Notes: a model not told the origin generated them from the letters alone. DNA of 64,000 nucleotides from an uncultured Anaerolineaceae bacterium (GCA_964633225.1 CAZWFQ010000001.1:27001-91000), one strand, 5' to 3'. Numbered from the stretch's first letter, positions 1 to 10,249 are shown. Made by a program: numbers and translations.

Positions 1-779
1 GATCCATCCTCAATAAAAACATCAGGATTCAAGCCATTTCCCCATAGGGGGAATAATAAAGCGCCGCCGAAATCACAGTAGTCTACCAATTCAAAGTGCT
101 TGCATAGGGTCGGAATGATCTCGTCCGAACGGACGGCTTCAGATGGATCCTCTCTGATCACATCTTCTGGGTTGATGCGCATTACCTGAGGAGAACGCCG
201 CCAGGAAAGTGGCAGCACTTCCATCACTCGGTTGATAATCTCTAATTGCTCTGCGCTGTATTGAAAGCGGGGTGGCCCAACATATTCATTGATCAGGATA
301 TAGCTTCCTGGCTTGAGCGTTTGGCGCAGTTGAGTACATAAATGATCTAGATTTTCCACATGGTGCAACGCACCGAAAATCATTGCTAGATCGTAGCGAT
401 CTTCTTCCAGGACGATGGCGTTAGCATTATCTGTCCAATAGCGCACGCGCTCGCCCAACCCGGCTTTTTCGGCCTCTTGTTGTGCAATTGCAAGCGATCC
501 GGCTGAGACATCAAAGCCTTCCAATTGCTTACATATCCCCGCGGCCAGCGCCTGGCGGTCGCAGGTGCCAGTTCCACAGCATACGCTGATGGCGCGCTCA
601 CAGGGGCCATTTTTCAAAAAGCTCTTGGCCAACCATTCGGGCATCGTGGTGGCAAATGGAATGATATTCGCGTTGATATAGGCGTCAATAATGGGGTGGT
701 GACTCCAGAAATCTTTGGGGATTCCGTTTGCCCACTCACTATTTTCCCAACGCTTGGCAACTCGTTCTAGATCGCTCAT
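1..779 (-). CDS. class I SAM-dependent methyltransferase, C-terminus cut by the window edge
   Basis: Not in the ORF track because it is open at the window edge. My own translation from the ATG at 779-777 reads MSDLERVAKRWENSEWANGIPKDFWSHHPIIDAYINANIIPF..ERAISVCCGTGTCDRQALAAGICKQLEGFDVSAGSLAIAQQEAEKAGL..DLAMIFGALHHVENLDHLCTQLRQTLKPGSYILINEY. It has a glycine-rich SAM motif I, an acidic motif II and an LKPG motif. Track ORF 386..610 is an out-of-frame shadow. Confidence 0.75.
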   Translation of the reverse strand, partial: MSDLERVAKRWENSEWANGIPKDFWSHHPIIDAYINANIIPFATTMPEWLAKSFLKNGPCERAISVCCGTGTCDRQALAAGICKQLEGFDVSAGSLAIAQQEAEKAGLGERVRYWTDNANAIVLEEDRYDLAMIFGALHHVENLDHLCTQLRQTLKPGSYILINEYVGPPRFQYSAEQLEIINRVMEVLPLSWRRSPQVMRINPEDVIREDPSEAVRSDEIIPTLCKHFELVDYCDFGGALLFPLWGNGLNPDVFIEDG

Positions 780-793
780 CTTATCTCTCTTTT

Positions 794-1651
794 TTACTTA
801 CCATGGAAAAATGGAAGCGTGCGCCACCAGGGAGAGCTTTGAATTTCTTCCAGTTTGTGATGCGCGTCGGCCAACTGTGCATCTTTTTGATTAATCAGCA
901 GTTCCTGCTGTCTGGCAACCTCTTTGGCGGCTTGCAACTCTTGGGTTAACGCTTGGATGTGTTTCTCATAAGCCTCGATCTGGATGCGGGCCTGGATAGC
1001 CTGGAAGCGCAGGTCGGCATTTTCTTTCCAGAGCGGCATAAGCCGCCGCTCATAGTCATGCACCAGGCGTACGAGCGGGACATCTTTGCGCACCAGGCGC
1101 ATGGCCCAGGGGGTGATGAACGACGCGTCGAAATCAACGTCGCGCAAAAAGCCATGCCGGGCAAAGGCCTCAGCCCAGTATTCTGGAGGTTGGACATTGA
1201 AGTGAGTGGCCTCTTGATAGTCGTACGGTGTGGATGAGAATAAAATATCGTCGCTATGCTTGCACAAGTTGGCGATTGCTTTGGAAGCCTCGGCTGGTTG
1301 CAGATGTTCAAGCACTTCGATACACACGATCAGGTCATAGTGGGCTTGCGGGAAGGGTTCCAGGATGGAGCTTACCTGGCAGTAGGGCTGGAATTCTGGG
1401 TGCACCTTCTGGATGGCATACTCAGAGATATCGATGCCCCAGGCATCTACCCCGTGCTTGCGCAGGCCCTCCACCAAAAAACCCATGGCACACCCGGCAT
1501 CCAGGGCGGTGGTGGGTTTGATGTCGCTGACGATGCGTCGCGCCAGGCCATCGAAGAGCCCCAACCATTCCTGGTTGCGTTCATAGGGTTTTCCGCAGTC
1601 ATGGCTGTAGTAGTAGGCATTGAATAGCTCAGATGGCGTTTGGGATGTCAT
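794..1651 (-). CDS. SAM-dependent methyltransferase with C-terminal coiled coil (WbdD-like candidate chain terminator)
   Basis: Track ORF 794..1702 starts at a TTG. The first ATG at 1651 (MTSQTPSELFNAYYY) is preferred. Motif I is LDAGCAMGFLVEGL and DLIVCIEVLEHL is also present. The last ~75 aa (QAIQARIQIEAYEKHIQALTQELQAAKEVARQQELLINQKDAQLADAHHKLEEIQ) look like a heptad coiled coil. Confidence 0.7.
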   Translation of the reverse strand: MTSQTPSELFNAYYYSHDCGKPYERNQEWLGLFDGLARRIVSDIKPTTALDAGCAMGFLVEGLRKHGVDAWGIDISEYAIQKVHPEFQPYCQVSSILEPFPQAHYDLIVCIEVLEHLQPAEASKAIANLCKHSDDILFSSTPYDYQEATHFNVQPPEYWAEAFARHGFLRDVDFDASFITPWAMRLVRKDVPLVRLVHDYERRLMPLWKENADLRFQAIQARIQIEAYEKHIQALTQELQAAKEVARQQELLINQKDAQLADAHHKLEEIQSSPWWRTLPFFHGK

Positions 1652-1714
1652 GGGATGTAGGCTCCATTCAGTGGGTGCAGTGGCTGCTGGTGCAGCGGGC
1701 AATCACAATTTGGG

Positions 1715-3163
1715 TCATGCGGTTTCCAGCGGATATGGATCGTCTGATCGCCATTCGCCGCGCAGGGTCAGCAGCCCGTAGCGCTCTTGGTTGATCTCAT
1801 CTCGGTTGATCACGCGGAATGGGTAAAGACGATCGTGGTAGTCAAAGATCTCGGTGTCCCCATCGTTAACGACCGCCACTGAGAAATTATACAGCCCATC
1901 CAATAGCGGCAGCGATGGGATGGTATACGTGATGCTGCCAATTTCTCTCAGGGCGGGCAGTGTGACCCCGGCAGTGGATGTGTTGGGGCCGGTGATGTGT
2001 ACGCCATCCTGGCGGTGGATGGCAAGGCCGAAAATGGGGGCCGAAACAGGCTGGTGGGCTTTGTAGTCCATGTGTAGCACCAGGGCCTGGCCGGTTTCAA
2101 AGATGGTTTGCTCCTGCCCAGCCTGGTCTGTGATCCGCACCCGTGTGATCTCGACTTTGCGTGTGCCCCAACGGGTGGGGGCGGCTTGTTCTTTGTCCAG
2201 GTCTGCACTAGCAGAGCTTTTCATGCCATCGTCAAATGTGATATTTGATGGAACCGGGCTATCTCCATCTGGCTGTTCTGCTTCGCCAGAGGCACCTGGT
2301 GCTCCCGTAGCGGTGCGGATGGCCTCGCGCTCGGCAGCCATACGAGCGGCTTCGCGTTCAATGGTCCGCCGCAAATATTGGTTCACAACCGCTTTGGCTG
2401 TACCCAATGAAACCAATTCGCCATGATCAAGCCAGGCGGCACGCGTGCAAATCTCTTCAACACGTTCCATGCTGTGCGACACGAGCAGAATGGTGGTTCC
2501 GGCTGCCTGGAAGGACTGGATGCGCTCATAAGATTTGGTCTGAAATTCCGCGTCGCCCACACCCAAGATCTCGTCTACGATCAAGATTTCCGGCCGTTTT
2601 GCGGTGGCAATTGAGAACCCTAACCGGGCAAACATACCGGTCGAATAGGTGCGCAGGGGGGCATCGATGAATTCTTTTAGGCCTGCAAATTCAATCATGC
2701 TTTCCATGCGTTCTTCAATTTCTTCTCGGGTCATGCCAAGTAGGGCGCCGTTCAAATAAATGTTTTCGCGGCCAGTCAATTCCGAATCGAAACCGGCGCC
2801 CAATTCCAGCAGAGGGGCAACTCGGCCGTACAGCCGCACCCGCCCGCGTGTTGGGCGCAGCACACGGGCCACGACCTTAAGCAAGGTACTTTTGCCGGCG
2901 CCGTTTTGACCGATCAGCCCGAATACTTCGCCGCGCCGGATGTCGAGCGTAATGTTTTTCAGCGCCCAAAGGCTGTTAGTCTTGACCCGCCCTTGCATCC
3001 AGCGAATGGCGTACTCTTTAAAAGATGGAATCCGTTCTTGTGCTACCCGATAATGTACTGAGACATTGTCGAGTATGATCACCGGTTCTTGGTTGTCTTG
3101 CTGTCTGGGAGGCGAGGAAAGCGGGGTGCTGGATGTCATATTAGATACGATAGGCAAGTTCAT
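1715..3163 (-). CDS. wzt: polysaccharide ABC exporter ATP-binding protein (Wzt/TagH type) with C-terminal glycan-binding-like domain
   Basis: 482 aa. Walker A GQNGAGKST, signature YSTGMFARLGFS, Walker B ILIVDE, and a Wzt/TagH-type N-terminus (FKEYAIRWMQGRVK..WALKNITLDIRRGEVFGLIG). An extra ~150-aa beta-rich C-terminal domain (RKVEITRVRITDQAGQEQ..LYNFSVAVVNDGDTEIFDYHDRLYPFRV) resembles Wzt_C. An alternative ATG at 3139 would remove the 23-nt overlap with wzm. Confidence 0.85.
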   Translation of the reverse strand: MNLPIVSNMTSSTPLSSPPRQQDNQEPVIILDNVSVHYRVAQERIPSFKEYAIRWMQGRVKTNSLWALKNITLDIRRGEVFGLIGQNGAGKSTLLKVVARVLRPTRGRVRLYGRVAPLLELGAGFDSELTGRENIYLNGALLGMTREEIEERMESMIEFAGLKEFIDAPLRTYSTGMFARLGFSIATAKRPEILIVDEILGVGDAEFQTKSYERIQSFQAAGTTILLVSHSMERVEEICTRAAWLDHGELVSLGTAKAVVNQYLRRTIEREAARMAAEREAIRTATGAPGASGEAEQPDGDSPVPSNITFDDGMKSSASADLDKEQAAPTRWGTRKVEITRVRITDQAGQEQTIFETGQALVLHMDYKAHQPVSAPIFGLAIHRQDGVHITGPNTSTAGVTLPALREIGSITYTIPSLPLLDGLYNFSVAVVNDGDTEIFDYHDRLYPFRVINRDEINQERYGLLTLRGEWRSDDPYPLETA

Positions 3164-3956
3164 CTACTCGTTTTGTAAATACAAACCAACCGATGACCAG
3201 CGTAGCAATTGCAAGGCCGGCTGTGATTAGCCAGGCCTGGGGCGTAGGGGTCTGGCCCAGGTAGATGATGGAACGAAAAACATCTAGCATGGTTGTCATC
3301 GGATTCCACTGCACAACGGGGGCAAACTTCGCCGGCACGATGCTGAGCGGGTAAATGATCGGCGTCAGGTAAAACCATATGGTCAAAAAGACGCTGTACA
3401 TATCGACAATATCTGTAAAGAACACCGCCAGCGTCGAGAGCAGCAGCGAAAGACCCAGGGTGAACATGACCAGGATCAAGATGGCAAGCGGCAGCAACAG
3501 CAAGGCTGGGGTGAATGGGTGGCGCATGAAGAGCATGACCAATGCCAGCGGGATCAGGGCCAGCAAGAAATTGATTACCCCATTACCAGCCACTGAAACG
3601 GCAAAAATGGTGCGCGGCAGGTAGATGCGTTTGAGCAGCCCGCTGCCCCAGATCAGTGTATACATCGCTTGTGTGGTGGTCTGAGACATCATATTCCAGG
3701 TGATGAAACCCACTAGCAAGTAGACGGTGTAATTCTCGACGTCAAAGCGGAAAATTTGTGAAAAAGCAATCGTCAAGACCAGCGTATTGAGCAGAGGATT
3801 CAACAACGTCCAGATGATGCCCAAAGCAGAACGCTTATAGCGCGTCTTGATGCTGTTCGAGATTAATAGCTGTAGTAGATCACGGTAGCGCCACAGTTCA
3901 CGCAGCTCATGCAGGGCCGGCGAACGGGCGGCATCAGAATCATAAGTCAGTTGCAT
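3141..3956 (-). CDS. wzm: polysaccharide ABC exporter permease (ABC-2 / Wzm-TagG type)
   Basis: 271 aa with about six hydrophobic segments and an ABC-2-type N-terminus (LRELWRYRDLLQLLISNSIKTRYKRSALGIIWTLLNP). It lies immediately upstream of the ATPase gene. Confidence 0.85.
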   Translation of the reverse strand: MQLTYDSDAARSPALHELRELWRYRDLLQLLISNSIKTRYKRSALGIIWTLLNPLLNTLVLTIAFSQIFRFDVENYTVYLLVGFITWNMMSQTTTQAMYTLIWGSGLLKRIYLPRTIFAVSVAGNGVINFLLALIPLALVMLFMRHPFTPALLLLPLAILILVMFTLGLSLLLSTLAVFFTDIVDMYSVFLTIWFYLTPIIYPLSIVPAKFAPVVQWNPMTTMLDVFRSIIYLGQTPTPQAWLITAGLAIATLVIGWFVFTKRVDELAYRI

Positions 3957-3959
3957 AGG

Positions 3960-5111
3960 TTATTGTTGGCCAATTGGGCCGCTTTCTAAAATTGCCTTGA
4001 CAATGCGTCCGGCTGCTTTGCCATCGCCATAAGGGTTGATGGCCTGCGCCATGGCCGCATGGGCTGCAGGATCATCCAACAGGCGGCGCGCCGCATGGAC
4101 GATCTGCTTCGTGTCGGTTCCAACCAGGCGAACGGTGCCGGCCTGCACACCCTCGGGGCGCTCGGTGACTTCGCGCAGCACCAGCACCGGCGCCCCCAGC
4201 CCGGGAGCTTCCTCTTGCAGGCCGCCCGAATCGGTCAGCACCAGGGTGGCGCGTTTCATCAAGTGTACCATAGGTTGGTAATCCAAAGGCGGCAGCAAGA
4301 ATATGTTGGGGACGCCGGTCAGCAAGCGGTAAACTGGCTCTTGGATATTGGGGTTCAGGTGCACCGGGTAAACAATGCGCAGGGTATTGCCATACGTTTC
4401 AGCCAGCTCGCGCAGCGCAGCGCAGATATTTTCGATCGGCTGGCCAAAGTTCTCTCGCCGGTGTGCGGTGACCAGGATGAGACGAGGGGTGCCCACTTCT
4501 GCCTGGCGGGGCAGGCCAATGGTGTCGAGCAGGGCATTGATCTCTGGGGTGGGCGGGAGCGCCGCCACGGTTTGCAGTGCATCGATCACGGGGTTGCCGG
4601 TGACCAGCACGCTTTCGGCCGGGACCCCCTCGCATAGCAAATTCTGGCGCGATTGCTCGGTGGGAGCAAAGTGCAGGTCGGCCACAACGCTGGCTACCCG
4701 GCGATTGATCTCTTCGGGGAAGGGCTGCCATTTGTCTGCGGTGCGCAGACCGGCTTCCACATGACCCACGTGGATGCGCCGGTAAAAGGCTGCCAGTGCG
4801 GCGGCCATCACGGTGGTGGTATCTCCTTGAACCAGGATCCAATCTGGCTTGAGCCTGGCCAATACCGGGTCGAGATGGGTGAAGATGGCTGCCGTCAGAC
4901 CTGCCAGGGTTTGGTCGGGGCGCATCAGGTCCAGGTCAACATCGGGAACAATATCGAACAGGTTAAGCACCTGGTCGAGCATCTGGCGGTGCTGGGCAGT
5001 GACACAGACCTGGGCTGTGATACCCGGGGTGTGGGCCAAAGCCCAAACCACAGGTGCCATTTTGACGGCCTCAGGCCGGGTACCAAAGATAGACAGGACG
5101 CGGATAGTCAT
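3960..5111 (-). CDS. wecB: UDP-N-acetylglucosamine 2-epimerase (non-hydrolysing)
   Basis: 383 aa. Family motifs are present: MTIRVLSIFGTRPEAVKMAPV, GHVEAGLRT and PFPEEINRR. Confidence 0.9.
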   Translation of the reverse strand: MTIRVLSIFGTRPEAVKMAPVVWALAHTPGITAQVCVTAQHRQMLDQVLNLFDIVPDVDLDLMRPDQTLAGLTAAIFTHLDPVLARLKPDWILVQGDTTTVMAAALAAFYRRIHVGHVEAGLRTADKWQPFPEEINRRVASVVADLHFAPTEQSRQNLLCEGVPAESVLVTGNPVIDALQTVAALPPTPEINALLDTIGLPRQAEVGTPRLILVTAHRRENFGQPIENICAALRELAETYGNTLRIVYPVHLNPNIQEPVYRLLTGVPNIFLLPPLDYQPMVHLMKRATLVLTDSGGLQEEAPGLGAPVLVLREVTERPEGVQAGTVRLVGTDTKQIVHAARRLLDDPAAHAAMAQAINPYGDGKAAGRIVKAILESGPIGQQ

Positions 5112-5115
5112 AGGA

Positions 5116-5991
5116 TCAATTCATGGCCAGGTGCAAGGCGGTTTGCCAGGCGGGCAGGCGCAGGTTGAAGGTGCGCTCGAACAGCGAACAATCGAGGGCA
5201 GAGAATAGAGGCCGCTGGGCTGGGGTGGGGAAGTCGGCCGTAGCCGCGGGCAGGATCTGCTGCACGGTTTGACCCTGTTGCTGTGGGTCCAACCGCAGAA
5301 TTTCCTGACCCCATTCCAGGCGGCTGCAGTGTCCCCATCCAGCCAGGTGGTATAGGCCGCTGCGCCCAGCCAGGTACGCCGGGAGATCGCTGCCAGCCTG
5401 TGCAAGCAGCAAAGCTGTGGCCTGTGCCAGGGCCCTGGCCCATGTGGGGTTGCTGACCTGGTCGCTGACCAGTTTGAGGGTGCTTTGCTGGCGCGCCCAC
5501 CCCAAGACTTTGGTCACAAAACTATCGCGGCGTGTGCTGTAAACCCAGGCAGTGCGTAATACCAGGTAATTCCCGCCGATTTGTTGGATGGCCTGTTCGC
5601 CAGCCAGCTTGGATTGACCGTAAACCCCCAAGGGTTTTGCCAAGTCGCTTTCGATATAGGGCGCGTTTTTGCTGCCATCAAAAACATAATCGGTCGAGTA
5701 ATGGATCAGGGCGGCGCCGAGGCGCAAAGCTTCTTCTGCCAGCATACCTGGCCCCTCTGCATTGATGGCATGGGCCAGGGCTGATTCGCTCTCGGCCCGG
5801 TCTACCGCGGTGTAGGCGGTGGCATTGACAATCAACTGCGGCCGGACCTGCCGGACAAGCGTCCGGATTGTCTCCGGTTGAGCGAAGTTGATGGCCGGAT
5901 AATCGGCGGCGTCAACATCGCCCAGGCCGGCCAGGCAGCGTTCCAGTTCCCAGCCCAGTTGGCCAGTGTTACCGAGCAGTAAAATGCGCAT
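5116..5991 (-). CDS. rmlD: dTDP-4-dehydrorhamnose reductase
   Basis: 291 aa. MRILLLGNTGQLG, YSTDYVFDGSKNAPYIESD and PLGVYGQSKLAGE (YxxxK). Last gene of the rmlCBAD block. Confidence 0.9.
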   Translation of the reverse strand: MRILLLGNTGQLGWELERCLAGLGDVDAADYPAINFAQPETIRTLVRQVRPQLIVNATAYTAVDRAESESALAHAINAEGPGMLAEEALRLGAALIHYSTDYVFDGSKNAPYIESDLAKPLGVYGQSKLAGEQAIQQIGGNYLVLRTAWVYSTRRDSFVTKVLGWARQQSTLKLVSDQVSNPTWARALAQATALLLAQAGSDLPAYLAGRSGLYHLAGWGHCSRLEWGQEILRLDPQQQGQTVQQILPAATADFPTPAQRPLFSALDCSLFERTFNLRLPAWQTALHLAMN

Positions 5992-6013
5992 AGTCTTTGA
6001 CCTTGTCTTTGAA

Positions 6014-6901
6014 TTAGCTCTGGTGGAAGGGGATTTCTTCTTTTACCAGGCGCAGCAAGTATTGGCCGTATTCGTTACTTTCCATCTCTTTGCCCAACCT
6101 GTGAAGTTGGGCGGCGTCGATAAAGCCCAGGCGATAGGCAATCTCTTCGGGGCAAGAGATCATCATGCCTTGCCGCTCTTCAACCGCATGGACAAAGTTG
6201 GCCGCCTGGAGCAAGGATTCGTGGGTGCCGGCATCCAGCCAGGCCACCCCGCGTCCCAGCACCTCTACCTGTAGCTGTCCCTGGTTCAGGTAGAGCATGT
6301 TCAAGTCGGTAATCTCAATCTCGCCGCGTTTAGAAGGCTTGAGCGAGGCGGCCATTTCAACTACATGCCCATCATAGAAATACATACCTGGTACGGCATA
6401 ATGCGAGCGGGGGTGGGCGGGCTTCTCCTCAATGCTCAATGCACGTCCGTTGGCATCGAATTCAATCACCCCATAGCGTTCAGGGTCCCGCACCGGATAG
6501 GCAAAGACGCGCGCCCCTTGTGCGATGTCGGCGGCGTGGCGCAGTTGGGCCGGCAGGCCGTGCCCAAAGAAGATATTATCACCCAAGATCAGGCAGACCG
6601 GGTCTGTGCCCACGAAGTGGCGCCCAACTAAGAAGGCATCTGCCAGGCCGCGTGGCTCGGCCTGCTCGGCAAATTCAAAATTCAGGCCCCATTGCTGCCC
6701 GTTTTGCAGCAGCATGCGGAAGCCCGGCAGGGCATCGGGCGTGCTGATGATGAGGATCTCTTGAATACCCGCCAGCATAAGCATGGAGAGTGGATAATAG
6801 ATCATGGGCTTGTCGTACACTGGCAGCATCTGCTTGCTGGTGCCAAGGGTGAGGGGATACAGGCGGGTGCCTTTGCCCCCGGCGAGGATGATACCTTTCA
6901 T
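6014..6901 (-). CDS. rmlA: glucose-1-phosphate thymidylyltransferase
   Basis: 295 aa. The N-terminus [36 protein letters not shown] is classic RmlA. Confidence 0.95.
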   Translation of the reverse strand: MKGIILAGGKGTRLYPLTLGTSKQMLPVYDKPMIYYPLSMLMLAGIQEILIISTPDALPGFRMLLQNGQQWGLNFEFAEQAEPRGLADAFLVGRHFVGTDPVCLILGDNIFFGHGLPAQLRHAADIAQGARVFAYPVRDPERYGVIEFDANGRALSIEEKPAHPRSHYAVPGMYFYDGHVVEMAASLKPSKRGEIEITDLNMLYLNQGQLQVEVLGRGVAWLDAGTHESLLQAANFVHAVEERQGMMISCPEEIAYRLGFIDAAQLHRLGKEMESNEYGQYLLRLVKEEIPFHQS

Positions 6902-6911
6902 AGTCTCTCCT

Positions 6912-7991
6912 TTATGACGTGCGGTTGGCGTAATTTTGATCCAGCCATTTTTGATACTCGCGCTGCTCGCGGGTGGCTTTTACCCAATCCGGATGCGAGA
7001 GATACCATTCAACGGTCTTCTGTAAGCCGCTGCCCAACGATTGGCGCGGCTGCCACCCCAGCGTGTTCTGGATCTTGGCAATGTCGATGGCATAACGGCG
7101 GTCATGCCCGGGCCGGTCAGGGACGAATTTCATCAATTGGCTGTGCGGCGCATGTGGAGAATGGGGGCGCAGCTCATCCAGGGTGGCGCACAGATGCTGC
7201 ACCACCTCCAGGTTGGTAGGTTGAGAGCCGCCGCCGATGTTGAAGGTCTGGCCGGGTGCGCCTTTGGTGATCACCAGCCAGATGGCTTCGCAGTGATCTT
7301 CCACGTACAGCCAGTCGCGGATCTGTTTGCCATCCCCGTAAATGGGCAAGGGCCGGCCATCGGCTGCGTTGAGGATCATAAGCGGGATGAGCTTCTCTGG
7401 GAATTGGTTGGGGCCGTAATTGTTGGTGCAGTTCGTAATGCTGTAAGGCAAGCCGAAGGTATGGCCCCATGCGCGCACGTAATGATCGCTGGCAGCCTTG
7501 GCTGCCGAGTAGGGAGAGCTGGGGTCATAGGGGGTTTCTTCATCCCAGGCAGGGTCTTCCAGAGACAGGGTGCCGAAGACCTCATCGGTAGAGATGTGGT
7601 GGAAACGAACCGCCTCGAGCGGGAAGGCCTTTTCGACGATCCAATACTGGCGAGCGGCCTCTAACAGCGTGAAGGTGCCCACTACATTGGTCTTTAGGAA
7701 TTGGTCGGGGTATACGATGGAACGATCCACGTGGGTCTCGGCAGCAAAGTGGACAATCGTATCAACCTGGTGTTTATGCATCAGCTCATCCACCAATGCC
7801 CGGTCGCAAATATCGCCTTTGACGAAGGTGTGGCGCTCAGGGTCGGGCAGGTCTTGCAGGTTCTCCAGGCTGCCAGCATATGATAGGATGTCCAGGTTGA
7901 CAATGTGTATTTCTGGCTCGGTCTTGAGTAAAAAACGGACGAAATTCGAGCCGATGAACCCCGCCCCCCCGGTGACCAAAACGTTTTTCAT
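6912..7991 (-). CDS. rmlB: dTDP-glucose 4,6-dehydratase
   Basis: 359 aa. [24 protein letters not shown] (YxxxK) and [23 protein letters not shown]. Confidence 0.95.
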   Translation of the reverse strand: MKNVLVTGGAGFIGSNFVRFLLKTEPEIHIVNLDILSYAGSLENLQDLPDPERHTFVKGDICDRALVDELMHKHQVDTIVHFAAETHVDRSIVYPDQFLKTNVVGTFTLLEAARQYWIVEKAFPLEAVRFHHISTDEVFGTLSLEDPAWDEETPYDPSSPYSAAKAASDHYVRAWGHTFGLPYSITNCTNNYGPNQFPEKLIPLMILNAADGRPLPIYGDGKQIRDWLYVEDHCEAIWLVITKGAPGQTFNIGGGSQPTNLEVVQHLCATLDELRPHSPHAPHSQLMKFVPDRPGHDRRYAIDIAKIQNTLGWQPRQSLGSGLQKTVEWYLSHPDWVKATREQREYQKWLDQNYANRTS

Positions 7992-8018
7992 GTCATCTCC
8001 TTTTGGGTGACCTGCTGG

Positions 8019-8579
8019 TTACCCTTCCATAGTCTTGTAAACTTCTGCTTCTGATAAGAGCTTGCCTTGCTGGTCTTTTGCTGCCAAGATAGGCATCTCG
8101 CCGGCTGGAATTGGCCATGCAATGCCCAGGGCCGGGTCGTTCCACAGTAAGCTGCGCTCCCATTGGGGAGCGTAATAGTCGCTGGCTTTGTAAACCAGCT
8201 CTGCCCAATTGCTGAGTGCGTAAAAGCCATGTGCAAAACCGGGTGGGACCCAAAGCTGCTGCTTGTTCTCAGCCGAGAGGATCACGCTCACATGTTGACC
8301 AAAGGTAGGAGAATAGCGGCGCAAATCGACGGCTACGTCAAAGATCTCGCCTGCCACCACGCGCACCAGCTTGCCCTGGGGCTGCCGGATTTGGTAGTGC
8401 AGGCCTCGCAGGGTACCTTGCTGTGAGCCCGAATGGTTATCTTGAACGAAGTTGACATCGATGCCGGCCGCGGCAAATTTTTGGGCCTGGTAGGTTTCCA
8501 TGAAGAAACCGCGCTGGTCGCCAAAGACTTTGGGGGTAATGAGCAGTACATCAGGGATTTGAGTAGGTGTGATTTGCAT
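8019..8579 (-). CDS. rmlC: dTDP-4-dehydrorhamnose 3,5-epimerase
   Basis: 186 aa cupin. DQRGFFMETY, GTLRGLHYQ and KLVRVVAGEIFDVAVDLR. Confidence 0.95.
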   Translation of the reverse strand: MQITPTQIPDVLLITPKVFGDQRGFFMETYQAQKFAAAGIDVNFVQDNHSGSQQGTLRGLHYQIRQPQGKLVRVVAGEIFDVAVDLRRYSPTFGQHVSVILSAENKQQLWVPPGFAHGFYALSNWAELVYKASDYYAPQWERSLLWNDPALGIAWPIPAGEMPILAAKDQQGKLLSEAEVYKTMEG

Positions 8580-8592
8580 AGGTATATTGTAA

Positions 8593-8612
8593 TAGTGAAT
8601 GGTGGATCGTGG
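8593..8612 (-). repeat. tandem heptamer (YCACNAT)n element, copy a (5' leader of rmlC)
   Basis: The minus strand reads CCACGAT CCACCAT TCACTA, 14-33 nt upstream of the rmlC ATG. Confidence 0.6.
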
Positions 8613-8671
8613 CTAGATGTGTCTTATTTTGAAGTGGCAGGGATGTGCTGATGGTGATCGTGTCTTGATCG

Positions 8672-10234
8672 TCAGTGGGCCGCGCATTGATAAATAATGA
8701 TATCGTAGGTTACCTGGTAAGGGGCGCCAGGAAATATATTGATGATCCGGCAGTTTTGAGCTGCATATCCTCGTTCTAGCCCTGGGGCTGCCCCACTAAA
8801 GAGCGCCAGGTAGTCTGGTTGGTACTGGTCTACCGCCCAGATAGCCGCCTCTTCATATGTGGTTGTGAGCTGGGCAGCAATGTCTGGCTGGATCAAGCCT
8901 GCAAAGTCGACCATGGGACGCTGTGCATAATACCCGATGATACCCACTTCCAGCGCACCCACCGATGCCTGGGGAGACGTGTTTTGCGCCAGCCATTGGC
9001 CAACGGGACGAAAGAACGCCAGGCGTGGATCAGGCGATCCTTGCACCTGCCAGAGGTCCCCCGCTTGCGTGATCAGAAGCAAGCCAAGGATGGCAGCCGC
9101 AGGAACAATGGGGAATAGGTGGTGTCGGTGGAGAGGTGAATTCTGCCTGGATGCTATCCACCGGATCAAGTTCATACATTGATCTAATCCCAGGCCCAGT
9201 GCCACGAAGAAAGGCGGCACAAGCGGTGCATAGTACCAAAAATAGCGCGTAACGCCCAGGGCGGCATATGCCATGAAATATAAAAGCCCCCACCAAAGAA
9301 TCAGCACAGGGGCTGTGGGGTCGGGCGCATCCGGCTCGCTGCTTGGCGAGATAACGGGCCGGGTCAGGGCACTGATGACGCCAGCCAGGCTCAACAGGCC
9401 GGCCAACAGGTAAGGCCAGGCGGCGTAACGTTCTAGAATCGAGAATATTCCGGCAGCGAACCCGATGCTGATCGCCAGGTTGCCTTGGTTTTGCTTGGCA
9501 GCCAGGGTGACCGGCAGGGGGGAACCGAAGTAACCCCAGGCAAAGATTGCCCATGCCAGGATCAACGTCAGGTAAATGCCAATTGCTTTCCAGGGGATGG
9601 GCCTGCGCCGGAGAATGTGATCGAACGCTAAAGGTATAACCAACAGCAGGCCATCAGGCCGGGTCAGGGCTGCCAGGGCCGCGCAGAGGGCGGTCCGGGG
9701 GTAATTTCGGCGTTGGTAGCTGGCAAAGGTTGCCAGGCAAAATGTCAGGTAAAGCGGCGTTTCTGAACTGAGGGTGCTGACCACCAGGGGAAAGGTGGGG
9801 TAGAGCAAGAGCCCCACCCAGCCGACAGCTTCAGACTGCCACTGCTTACCCAAGTCCCACAAGCATAGGCCTCCCAGCGGCAGGCTGATCGCACCCAGTG
9901 CTACAGCCAGGCCGGGGATCAGTTGCAGATCATCTCCCGGCCAAATAGCGCTTAGCCCTGCCAGGATAAGGGTGAACAGAGGGGTGGTGGTGCTTAAAAT
10001 ATGCTCGCCCGGGTTGTAAACAAACCCCACGCCATGCGCCAGGTTATGGGCGTAGCGATAGGTGATGAATGGGTCGTCGTATCCCCAATGTGAGAACGCC
10101 AGGTAGCCAAGCAGGCCGGTAAGCAGGATATACACCGGAATCCGATACCGTTGTCCAGAGTAAGGGATTTGGCGGAGCCAGTTCCAGCCCTGGCGTTTGC
10201 CATTGGGGCGATCAGTTGGTTCAGGATGTGGCAT
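8672..10234 (-). CDS. polytopic membrane protein, GT-C-like glycosyltransferase candidate
   Basis: 520 aa with more than 10 hydrophobic segments. Acidic first-loop motif WGYDDPFITYRYAHNLAHGVGFVYNPGE. C-terminal ~110 aa are soluble-looking. Confidence 0.55.
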   Translation of the reverse strand: MPHPEPTDRPNGKRQGWNWLRQIPYSGQRYRIPVYILLTGLLGYLAFSHWGYDDPFITYRYAHNLAHGVGFVYNPGEHILSTTTPLFTLILAGLSAIWPGDDLQLIPGLAVALGAISLPLGGLCLWDLGKQWQSEAVGWVGLLLYPTFPLVVSTLSSETPLYLTFCLATFASYQRRNYPRTALCAALAALTRPDGLLLVIPLAFDHILRRRPIPWKAIGIYLTLILAWAIFAWGYFGSPLPVTLAAKQNQGNLAISIGFAAGIFSILERYAAWPYLLAGLLSLAGVISALTRPVISPSSEPDAPDPTAPVLILWWGLLYFMAYAALGVTRYFWYYAPLVPPFFVALGLGLDQCMNLIRWIASRQNSPLHRHHLFPIVPAAAILGLLLITQAGDLWQVQGSPDPRLAFFRPVGQWLAQNTSPQASVGALEVGIIGYYAQRPMVDFAGLIQPDIAAQLTTTYEEAAIWAVDQYQPDYLALFSGAAPGLERGYAAQNCRIINIFPGAPYQVTYDIIIYQCAAH

Positions 10235-10249
10235 GAAGGACGCTGTAGA

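Noticed and set aside
386-610. Track ORF of 74 aa on the minus strand near the window start
   Set aside because: It is out of frame with the coherent methyltransferase reading frame that I translated from the ATG at 779 to the window edge, and it has no recognisable motifs. It is a shadow ORF.
8580-8671. Promoter in the 92-bp gap upstream of rmlC (TACAAT close to the ATG)
   Set aside because: The only -10-like hexamer lies 6 nt from the start codon and has a poor -35 (TAGCCA). This is not convincing enough to report as a feature.
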